The notes under the pieces are model-generated. The model was not told the origin of the DNA and ran no database searches. It saw nothing but the letters and a program-made list of their open reading frames with translations. The translations under genes were made by a program, and so were the position numbers. DNA of 64,000 nt from Eledone cirrhosa (Eukaryota), in NCBI GenBank assembly GCA_964016885.1, contig OZ024741.1:8556001-8620000 (forward strand), read 5' to 3'. This document shows positions 53,401 through 64,000 of this stretch, piece after piece (within the stretch, counting starts at the first letter, position 1; every line of letters starts with the position of its first letter).

Positions 53401-56400
53401 TAGTCGAGTGTTAGTCACCTCCATGTACAACATAGTGGAGGTTTTAGTCACCTCCATGTACAACATAGTCGAGCTTTTAGTCACCTCCATGTACAACATA
53501 GTGGAGGTTTTAGTCACCTCCATGTACACCATAGTGGAGGTTTCAGTCACCTCCGTGTACACCATAGTCGAGGTTTTAGTCAGCTCCATGTACAACATAG
53601 TCGATGTTTTAGTCACCTCCATGTACACCATAGTGGAGGTTTTATTCACCTTCATGTACAATATAGTCGAGGTTTTAGTCACCTCCATGTACACCATAGT
53701 GGAGGTTTTAGTCGCCTCCATTTACAACATAGTCGAGGTTTTATTCACCTCCATGTACAACATAGTGCAGGTTTTACTCAGCTCCATGTTCAACATAGTC
53801 GAGGTTTTAGTCACCTCCATGTACACCATAGTGGAGATTTTAGTCACCTCCATGTACAACATAATCGAGGTTTTAGTCACCTACATGTACAACATAGTGG
53901 AGGTTTTAGTCATCTCCATGTACACCATAGTTTGAGGTTTTAGTCACCTCCATTTACAACATAGTCGAAGTTTTAGTCACCTCCATGTACAACATAGTCG
54001 AGGTTTTAGTCACCTCTATGTACAACATAGTCGCGGTTTTAGTCACCTCCATGTATACCATAGTGGAGGTTTTAGTCACCTCCATGTACAACATAGTGGA
54101 GGTTTTAGTCACCTCCCTGTACAACATAGTCGAGGTTTTAGTCACCTCCATGTACAACATAGTAGAGGTTTTAGTCACATCCATATACAACATAGTCGAG
54201 GTTTTAGTCACCTCCATGTACACCATATTGGAGGTTTTAGTCACCTCCATGTACAACATAGTCGAGGTTTTAGTCACCTCCATGTACAACAGAGTGGAGG
54301 TTTTAGTCACCTACATGTACACCATAGTCGAGGTGTTATTCACCTCCATGTACAACATAGTCGAGGTTTGAGTCACCTCCATGTACAACATAGTGGAGGT
54401 TTTAGTCACCTCCATGTACACCATAGTCGAGGTTTTAATCACCTCCATGTACAACATAGTCGAGGTTTTAGTCACCTCCATGTACGACATAGTCGAGGTT
54501 TTAATCACCTCCATGTACAACATAATCGAGGTTTTAGTCACCTCTATGTACAACGTATTCGAGGTTTTAGTGACCTCTATGTACAACATTTCAAGGTTTT
54601 AATCACCTCCATGTACACCATAGTGGAGGTTTTAGTCACCTCCATGTACAACATAGTGGAGGTTTTAGTCACCTCCACGTACACATAGTGGAGGTTTCAG
54701 TCACCTCCATGTACACCATAGTCGAGGTTTTAGTCACCTCCATGTACAGCATAGTCGAGGTTTTAGTCACCTCCATGTACAACATAGTGGAGGTTTTAGT
54801 CACCTCCATGTACAACATAGTCGAGATTTTAGTCACCTCCATGTAGACCATAGTGGCGGTTTTAGTGAGCTCCATGTACAACATTGTCGAGGTTTTAGTC
54901 ACCTCCATGTACAACATAGTCGAGGTTTTAGTCACCTCCATGTACAACAAAATCAAGGTTTTAGTCACCTCCATGTACAACATAGTGGAGGTTTTAATCA
55001 CCTCCATGTACAACATAGTCGAGGTTTTAGTCACCTCCATGTACAACGTAGTGGAGGTTTTAGTCACCTCCATGTACACCATAGTGGAGGTTTCAGTCAC
55101 CTCCGTGTACACCATAGTCGAGGTTTTAGTCAGCTCCATGTACAACATAGTCGATGTTTTAGTCACCTCCATGTACACCATAGTGGAGATTTTAGTCACC
55201 TCCATGTACAACATAATCGTGGTTTTAGTCACCTACATGTACAACATAGTGGAGGTTTTAGTCACCTCCATGTACACCATAGTTTGAGGTTTTAGTCACC
55301 TCCATGTACAACATAGTCGAAGTTTTAGTCACCTCCATGTACAACATAGTCGAGGTTTTAGTCACCTCCATGTACAACATAGTCGCGGTTTTAGTCACCT
55401 CCATGTACACCATAGTGGAGGTTTTAGTCACCTCCATGTACAACATAGTGGAGGTTTTAGTCACCTCCATGTACAACATAGTCGAGGTTTTAGTCACCTC
55501 CATGTACAACATAGTCGAGGTTTTAGTCACCTCCATGTACAACATAGTCGAGGTTTTAGTCACATCCATATACAACATAGTCGAGGTTTTAGTCACATCC
55601 ATGTACAACATAGTCGAGGTTTTAGTCACCTCTATTTCCAACGTAGTCGATGTTTTAGTCACCTCCATGTACAACATAGTCGAGGTTTTAGTCACCTTTA
55701 TGTACAACACAGTCGAGATTTCAGTCACCTCTGTGTACAACATAGTTGAGGGTTTAGTCACCTCCGTGTACACCATAGTGGAGCTTTTAGTCACCTCCAT
55801 ATACAACATAGTCGAGGTTTAGTCAGCTCCATGTACAACATAGTTTGAGGTTTTAGTCACCTCCATGTACAAGATAGTCGTGGTTTTAGTCACCTCCATG
55901 TACAACATAGTCGCGGTTTTAGTCACCTCCATGTACACCATAGTGGAGGTTTTAGTCACCTCCATGTACAACATATTCGAGGTTTTAGTCACCTCCATGT
56001 ACAACAGAGTGGAGGTTTTAGTCACCTACATGTACACCATAGTCGAGGTGTTAGTCACCTCCATGTACAACATAGTCGAGGTTTGAGTCACCTCCATGTA
56101 CAACATAGTGGAGGTTTTAGTCACCTCCATGTACACCATAGTCGAGGTTTTAATCACCTCCATGTACAACATAGTCGAGGTTTTAGTCACCTCCATGTAC
56201 AACATAGTCGAGGTTTTAATCACCTCCATGTACAACATAATCGAGGTTTTAGTCACCTCTATGTACAACGTAGTCGAGGTTTTAGAGACCTCTATGTACA
56301 ACATTTCAAGGTTTTAATCACCTCCATGTACACCATAGTGGAGGTTTTAGTCACCTCCATGTACAACATAGTGGAGGTTTTAGTCACCTCCATGTACACC

Positions 56401-59400
56401 ATAGTGGAGGTTTCAGTCACCTCCATGTACACCATAGTCGAGGTTTTAGTCACCTCCATGTACAGCATAGTGGAGGTTTTAGTCACCTCCATGTACAACA
56501 TAATCGAGGCTTTAGTCACCTACATGTACAACATAGTCGAATGTTTTATTCACCTTCATGTACAACATAGTCGAGCTTTTAGTCACCTCCATGTACAACA
56601 TAGTGGAGGTTTTAGTCACCTCCATGTACACCATAGTGGAGGTTTCAGTCACCTCCGTGTACACCATAGTCGAGGTTTTAGTCAGCTCCATGTACAACAT
56701 AGTCGATGTTTTAGTCACCTCCATGTACACCATAGTGGAGGTTTTATTCACCTTCATGTACAATATAGTCGAGGTTTTAGTCACCTCCATGTACACCATA
56801 GTGGAGGTTTTAGTCGCCTCCATTTACAACATAGTCGAGGTTTTATTCACCTCCATGTACAACATAGTGCAGGTTTTAGTCAGCTCCATGTTCAACATAG
56901 TCGAGGTTTTAGTCACCTCCATGTACACCATAGTGGAGATTTTAGTCACCTCCATGTACAACATAATCGAGGTTTTAGTCACCTACATGTACAACATAGT
57001 GGAGGTTTTAGTCATCTCCATGTACACCATAGTTTGAGGTTTTAGTCACCTCCATTTACAACATAGTCGAAGTTTTAGTCACCTCCATGTACAACATAGT
57101 CGAGGTTTTAGTCACCTCTATGTACAACATAGTCGCGGTTTTAGTCACCTCCATGTATACCATAGTGGAGGTTTTAGTCACCTCCATGTACAACATAGTG
57201 GAGGTTTTAGTCACCTCCCTGTACAACATAGTCGAGGTTTTAGTCACCTCCATGTACAACATAGTCGAGGTTTTAGTCACCTCCATGTACAACATAGTAG
57301 AGGTTTTAGTCACATCCATATACAACATAGTCGAGGTTTTAGTCACCTCCATGTACACCATATTGGAGGTTTTAGTCACCTCCATGTACAACATAGTCGA
57401 GGTTTTAGTCACCTCCATGTACAACAGAGTGGAGGTTTTAGTCACCTACATGTACACCATAGTCGAGGTGTTATTCACCTCCATGTACAACATAGTCGAG
57501 GTTTGAGTCACCTCCATGTACAACATAGTGGAGGTTTTAGTCACCTCCATGTACACCATAGTCGAGGTTTTAATCACCTCCATGTACAACATAGTCGAGG
57601 TTTTAGTCACCTCCATGTACGACATAGTCGAGGTTTTAATCACCTCCATGTACAACATAATCGAGGTTTTAGTCACCTCTATGTACAACGTATTCGAGGT
57701 TTTAGTGACCTCTATGTACAACATTTCAAGGTTTTAATCACCTCCATGTACACCATAGTGGAGGTTTTAGTCACCTCCATGTACAACATAGTGGAGGTTT
57801 TAGTCACCTCCACGTACACATAGTGGAGGTTTCAGTCACCTCCATGTACACCATAATCGAGGTTTTAGTCACCTCCATGTACAGCATAGTCGAGGTTTTA
57901 GTCACCTCCATGTACAACATAGTGGAGGTTTTAGTCACCTCCATGTACAACATAGTCGAGATTTTAGTCACCTCCATGTACACCATAGTGGCGGTTTTAG
58001 TGAGCTCCATGTACAACATTGTCGAGGTTTTAGTCACCTCCATGTACAACATAGTCGAGGTTTTAGTCACCTCCATGTACAACAAAATCAAGGTTTTAGT
58101 CACCTCCATGTACAACATAGTGGAGGTTTAATCACCTCCATGTACAACATAGTCGAGGTTTTAGTCACCTCCATGTACAACGTAGTGGAGGTTTTAGTCA
58201 CCTCCATGTACACCTTAGTGGAGGTTTCAGTCACCTCCGTGTACACCATAGTCGAGGTTTTAGTCAGCTCCATGTACAACATAGTCGATGTTTTAGTCAC
58301 CTCCATGTACACCATAGTGGAGATTTTAGTCACCTCCATGTACAACATAATCGAGGTTTTAGTCACCTACATGTACAACATAGTGGAGGTTTTAGTCACC
58401 TCCATGTACACCATAGTTTGAGGTTTTAGTCACCTCCATGTACAACATAGTCGAAGTTTTAGTCACCTCCATGTACAACATAGTCGAGGTTTTAGTCACC
58501 TCCATGTACAACATAGTCGCGGTTTTAGTCACCTCCATGTACACCATAGTGGAGGTTTTAGTCACCTCCATGTACAACATAGTGGAGGTTTTAGTCACCT
58601 CCATGTACAACATAGTCGAGGTTTTAGTCACCTCCATGTACAACATAGTCGAGGTTTTAGTCACCTCCATGTACAACATAGTCGAGGTTTTAGTCACATC
58701 CATATACAACATAGTCGAGGTTTTATTCACATCCATGTACAACATAGTCGAGGTTTTAGTCACCTCTATTTCCAACGTAGTCGATGTTTTAGTCACCTCC
58801 ATGTACAACATAGTCGAGGTTTTAGTCACCTTTATGTACAACACAGTCGAGATTTCAGTCACCTCTGTGTACAACATAGTTGAGGGTTTAGTCACCTCCG
58901 TGTACACCATAGTGGAGCTTTTAGTCACCTCCATATACAACATAGTCGAGGTTTAGTCAGCTCCATGTACAACATAGTTTGAGGTTTTAGTCACCTCCAT
59001 GTACAAGATAGTCGTGGTTTTAGTCACCTCCATGTACAACATAGTCGCGGTTTTAGTCACCTCCATGTACACCATAGTGGAGGTTTTAGTCACCTCCATG
59101 TACAACATAGTCGAGGTTTTAGTCACCTCCATGTACAACAGAGTGGAGGTTTTAGTCACCTACATGTACACCATAGTCGAGGTGTTAGTCACCTCCATGT
59201 ACAACATAGTCGAGGTTTGAGTCACCTCCATGTACAACATAGTGGAGGTTTTAGTCACCTCCATGTACACCATAGTCGAGGTTTTAATCACCTCCATGTA
59301 CAACATAGTCGAGGTTTTAGTCACCTCCATGTACAACATAGTCGAGGTTTTAATCACCTCCATGTACAACATAATCGAGGTTTTAGTCACCTCTATGTAC

Positions 59401-62400
59401 AACGTAGTCGAGGTTTTAGAGACCTCTATGTACAACATTTCAAGGTTTTAATCACCTCCATGTACACCATAGTGGAGGTTTTAGTCACCTCCATGTACAA
59501 CATAGTGGAAGTTTTAGTCACCTCCATGTACACCATAGTGGAGGTTTCAGTCACCTCCATGTACACCATAGTCGAGGTTTTAGTCACCTCCATGTACAGC
59601 ATAGTGGAGGTTTTAGTCACCTCCATGTACAACATAATCGAGGCTTTAGTCACCTACATGTACAACATAGTCGAATGTTTTATTCACCTTCATGTACAAC
59701 ATAGTCGAGCTTTTAGTCACCTCCATATACACCATATTGGAGGTTTTAGTCACCTCCATGTACAACATAGTCGAGGTTTTAGTCACCTCCATGTACACCA
59801 TAGTCGAGGTTTTAGTCACCACCATGTACACCATAGTGGAGGTTTAGTCACCTCCATGTACAACATAGTCGAGGTTTTAGTCACCTCCATGTACAACATA
59901 GTCGAGGTTTTAGTCACCTCCATGTACAACATAGTCGAGGTTTTAGTCACCTACATGGACAACATAGGCGATGTTTTAGACACCTCCATGTACAACATAG
60001 TCAAGGTATTAGTCACCTCCATGTACAACATAGTCGAGGTTTTAATCAACTCCATGTACAACATAGTCGAGGTTTTAGTCACCTCCATGTACAACATAGT
60101 CGAGATTTTAGTCACCTCCATGTACACCAGTGGAGGTTTTAGTCAACTCCGTGTACAACATAGTGGAGGTTTATAGTCACCTCCATGTACACCATAGTCG
60201 AGTGTTAGTCACCTCCATGTACAACATAGTGGAGGTTTTAGTCACCTCCATGTACAACATAGTCGAGCTTTTAGTCACCTCCATGTACAACATAGTGGAG
60301 GTTTTAGTCACCTCCATGTACACCATAGTGGAGGTTTCAGTCACCTCCGTGTACACCATAGTCGAGGTTTTAGTCAGCTCCATGTACAACATAGTCGATG
60401 TTTTAGTCACCTCCATGTACACCATAGTGGAGGTTTTATTCACCTTCATGTACAATATAGTCGAGGTTTTAGTCACCTCCATGTACACCATAGTGGAGGT
60501 TTTAGTCGCCTCCATTTACAACATAGTCGAGGTTTTATTCACCTCCATGTACAACATAGTGCAGGTTTTAGTCAGCTCCATGTTCAACATAGTCGAGGTT
60601 TTAGTCACCTCCATGTACACCATAGTGGAGATTTTAGTCACCTCCATGTACAACATAATCGAGGTTTTAGTCACCTACATGTACAACATAGTGGAGGTTT
60701 TAGTCATCTCCATGTACACCATAGTTTGAGGTTTTAGTCACCTCCATTTACAACATAGTCGAAGTTTTAGTCACCTCCATGTACAACATAGTCGAGGTTT
60801 TAGTCACCTCTATGTACAACATAGTCGCGGTTTTAGTCACCTCCATGTATACCATAGTGGAGGTTTTAGTCACCTCCATGTACAACATAGTGGAGGTTTT
60901 AGTCACCTCCATGTACAACATAGTCGAGGTTTTAGTCACCTCCATGTACAACATAGTCGAGGTTTTAGTCACCTCCATGTACAACATAGTAGAGGTTTTA
61001 GTCACATCCATATACAACATAGTCGAGGTTTTAGTCACATCCATGTACAACATAGTCGAGGTTTTAGTCACCTCTATGTACAACACAGTCGAGATTTCAG
61101 TCACCTCTGTGTACAACATAGTTGAGAGTTTAGTCACCTCCGTGTACACCATAGTGGAGCTTTTAGTCACCTCCATATACAACATAGTCGAGGTTTAGTC
61201 AGCTCCATGTACACCATAGTTTGAGGTTTTAGTCACCTCCATGTACAAGATAGTCGAGGTTTTAGTCACCTCCATGTACAACATAGTCGCGGTTTTAGTC
61301 ACCTCCATGTACACCATAGTGGAGGTTTTAGTCACCTCCATGTACAACATAGTCGAGGTTTTAGTCACCTCCATGTACAACAGAGTGGAGGTTTTAGTCA
61401 CCTACATGTACACCATAGTCGAGGTGTTAGTCACCTCCATGTACAACATAGTGGAGGTTTTAGTCACCTCCATGTACACCATAGTGGAGGTTTCAGTCAC
61501 CTCCATGTACACCATAGTCGAGGTTTTAGTCACCTCCATGTACAGCATAGTCGAGGTTTTAGTCACCTCCATGTACAACATAGTGGAGGTTTTAGTCACC
61601 TCCATGTACACGATAGTCGAGGTTTGAGTCACCTCCATGTACAACATAGTCGAGGTTTTAGTCACCTCTATGTACAACATAGTCGACGTTTTCGTCACCT
61701 CCATGTACAACGTAGTCGAGGTTTTAGTCACCTCCATGTACAACATAGTCGAGGTTTTAATCACCTCCATGTACAACATAGTCGAGGTTTTAGTCAACTC
61801 CATGTACAACATAGTCGAGGTTTTAGTCACCTCCATGTACAACATAGTCGAGATTTTAGTCACCTCCATGTACACCATAGTTTGAGGTTTTAGTCACCTC
61901 CATGTACAACATAGTCGAAGTTTTAGTCACCTCCATGTACAACATAGTCGAGGTTTTAGTCACCTCCATGTACAACATAGTCGCGGTTTTAGTCACCTCC
62001 ATGTACACCATAGTGGAGGTTTTAGTCACCTCCATGTACAACATAGTGGAGGTTTTAGTCACCTCCATGTACAACATAGTCGAGGTTTTAGTCACCTCCA
62101 TGTACAACATAGTCGAGGTTTTAGTCACCTCCATGTACAACATAGTCGAGGTTTTAGTCACATCCATATACAACATAGTCGAGGTTTTAGTCACATCCAT
62201 GTACAACATAGTCGAGGTTTTAGTCACCTCTATTTCCAACGTAGTCGATGTTTTAGTCACCTCCATGTACAACATAGTCGAGGTTTTAGTCACCTTTATG
62301 TACAACACAGTCGAGATTTCAGTCACCTCTGTGTACAACATAGTTGAGGGTTTAGTCACCTCCGTGTACACCATAGTGGAGCTTTTAGTCACCTCCATAT

Positions 62401-64000
62401 ACAACATAGTCGAGGTTTAGTCAGCTCCATGTACAACATAGTCTGAGGTTTTAGTCACCTCCATGTACAAGATAGTCGTGGTTTTAGTCACCTCCATGTA
62501 CAACATAGTCGCGGTTTTAGTCACCTCCATGTACACCATAGTCGAGGTTTTAGTCACCTCCATGTACAACATAGTCGAGGTTTTAGTCACCTACATGTAC
62601 AACAGCGTGGAGGTTTTAGTCACCTACATGTACACCATAGTCGAGGTGTTAGTCACCTCCATGTACAACATAGTCGAGGTTTGAGTCACCTCCATGTACA
62701 ACATAGTGGAGGTTTTAGTCACCTCCATGTACACCATAGTCGAGGTTTTAATCACCTCCATGTACAACATAGTCGAGGTTTTAGTCACCTCCATGTACAA
62801 CATAGTCGAGGTTTTAATCACCTCCATGTACAACATAATCGAGGTTTTAGTCACCTCTATGTACAACGTAGTCGAGGTTTTAGAGACCTCTATGTACAAC
62901 ATTTCATGGTTTTAATCACCTCCATGTACACCATAGTGGAGGTTTTAGTCACCTCCATGTACAACATAGTGGAGGTTTTAGTCACCTCCATGTACACCAT
63001 AGTGGAGGTTTCAGTCACCTCCATGTACACCATAGTCGAGGTTTTAGTCACCTCCATGTACAGCATAGTGGAGGTTTTAGTCACCTCCATGTACAACATA
63101 ATCGAGGCTTTAGTCACCTACATGTACAACATAGTCGAATGTTTTATTCACCTTCATGTACAACATAGTCGAGCTTTTAGTCACCTCCATATACACCATA
63201 TTGGAGGTTTTAGTCACCTCCATGTACAACATAGTCGAGGTTTTAGTCACCTCCATGTACACCATAGTCGAGGTTTTAGTCACCACCATGTACACCATAG
63301 TGGAGGTTTAGTCACCTCCATGTACAAGATAGTCGAGGTTTTAGTCACCTCCATGTACAACATAGTCGAGGTTTTAGTCACCTCCATGTACAACATAGTC
63401 GAGGTTTTAGTCACCTACATGGACAACATAGGCGATGTTTTAGACACCTCCATGTACAACATAGTCAAGGTATTAGTCACCTCCATGTACAACATAGTCG
63501 AGGTTTTAATCAACTCCATGTACAACATAGTCGAGGTTTTAGTCACCTCCATGTACAACATAGTCGAGATTTTAGTCACTTCCATGTACACCAGTGGAGG
63601 TTTTAGTCAACTCCGTGTACAACATAGTGGAGGTTTATAGTCACCTCCATGTACACCATAGTCGAGTGTTAGTCACCTCCATGTACAACATAGTGGAGGT
63701 TTTAGTCACCTCCATGTACAACATAGTCGAGCTTTTAGTCACCTCCATGTACAACATAGTGGAGGTTTTAGTCACCTCCATGTACACCATAGTGGAGGTT
63801 TCAGTCACCTCCGTGTACACCATAGTCGAGGTTTTAGTCAGCTCCATGTACAACATAGTCGATGTTTTAGTCACCTCCATGTACACCATAGTGGAGGTTT
63901 TATTCACCTTCATGTACAATATAGTCGAGGTTTTAGTCACCTCCATGTACACCATAGTGGAGGTTTTAGTCGCCTCCATTTACAACATAGTCGAGGTTTT
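44480..64000. repeat. Higher-order repeat domain with a ~3.1-3.7 kb unit (3660 bp, about 111 monomers)
   Basis: The same 183-aa minus ORF / 172-aa plus ORF pair occurs at 45068, 46618, 50278, 55258, 58392 and 61856 (spacings 1550, 3660, 4980, 3134, 3464). Domain-specific variants include ctctatttcc, cctttatg and aagatagtcgtgg. Confidence 0.88.
46865..56845. repeat. Near-identical 4980-bp tandem duplication (~151 monomers), junction at ~51845-51865
   Basis: All ORFs repeat at exactly 4980 (47179/52159, 47443/52423, 48356/53336, 49689/54669, 50278/55258, 51532/56512), and the sequence lines are in the same register. By eye I saw only two differences (47032 c / 52012 a; 48797 g / 53777 c). Confidence 0.95.

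Larger units (their letters stand above)
1..64000. repeat. 33-bp tandem satellite/minisatellite array, consensus TAGTCACCTCCATGTACAACATAGTCGAGGTTT, about 1,940 head-to-tail copies in one orientation, extending past both window edges
   Basis: Directly visible: bases 1-33 are the consensus and the unit continues to base 64000. All ORFs have 11-aa periodicity. Most monomers are within 0-3 substitutions of consensus. The two commonest polymorphisms are AAC/ACC (tacaac/tacacc) and GTCGAG/GTGGAG, and a minority of monomers are 31-34 bp. Confidence 0.99.

Noticed and set aside
121-63979. Hundreds of ORFs of 60-608 aa on both strands as protein-coding genes
   Set aside because: They overlap in three frames, are pure 11-aa repeats, and are broken by recurrent 1-2 bp indels and stop-creating variants. 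There are no unique N- or C-terminal domains. This is expected for a 33-bp repeat.
1-64000. CRISPR array (33-bp partly palindromic repeat)
   Set aside because: Repeats are directly adjacent with no unique spacers, leader or cas genes; variation is limited to point changes.
1-64000. Telomeric repeat (tttag / ggtttta resemble TTAGG-type motifs)
   Set aside because: The motif is a small part of a 33-mer with no G-rich strand bias and no canonical tandem telomere units. A subtelomeric location cannot be judged from this window.
1-64000. Transposon, MITE or inversion within the array
   Set aside because: I saw no non-repeat segment, terminal inverted repeats, target-site duplications or reverse-complement monomers when reading through.
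1-64000. Antigenic-variation cassette system, diversity-generating retroelement or DNA-encoded code in variant order
   Set aside because: No expression site, recombinase or reverse transcriptase is present, and there is no adenine-specific variation. Variant order is adequately explained by descent through duplication.

Overview
The whole 64 kb window is one uninterrupted, single-orientation tandem array of a 33-bp monomer. The + strand consensus is TAGTCACCTCCATGTACAACATAGTCGAGGTTT (14/33 GC; about 1,940 copies by length), and the array runs off both ends of the window. I found no unique sequence, inversion, transposon, RNA gene or credible protein-coding gene. Every ORF in the track arises because 33 is a multiple of 3 and three of the six frames lack stops (MYNIVEVLVTS, HLHVQHSRGFS, MLYMEVTKTST). 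Recurrent 1-2 bp indel monomers break these frames every few hundred bp. The structure of interest is above and below the monomer. Diagnostic variant monomers recur in a conserved order, and there are nested duplications with offsets of about 0.56, 1.4, 1.8, 3.1-3.7, 4.4-4.6, 4.98 and 10.6-10.9 kb. The array is also split into domains with private variants, several copy-number steps are exactly 165 bp, and each monomer carries a built-in hairpin. This looks like eukaryotic satellite DNA with higher-order repeats (inference); neither the organism nor a function can be determined from the sequence alone. All offsets come from the ORF track and manual reading, so boundaries are approximate to about one monomer.
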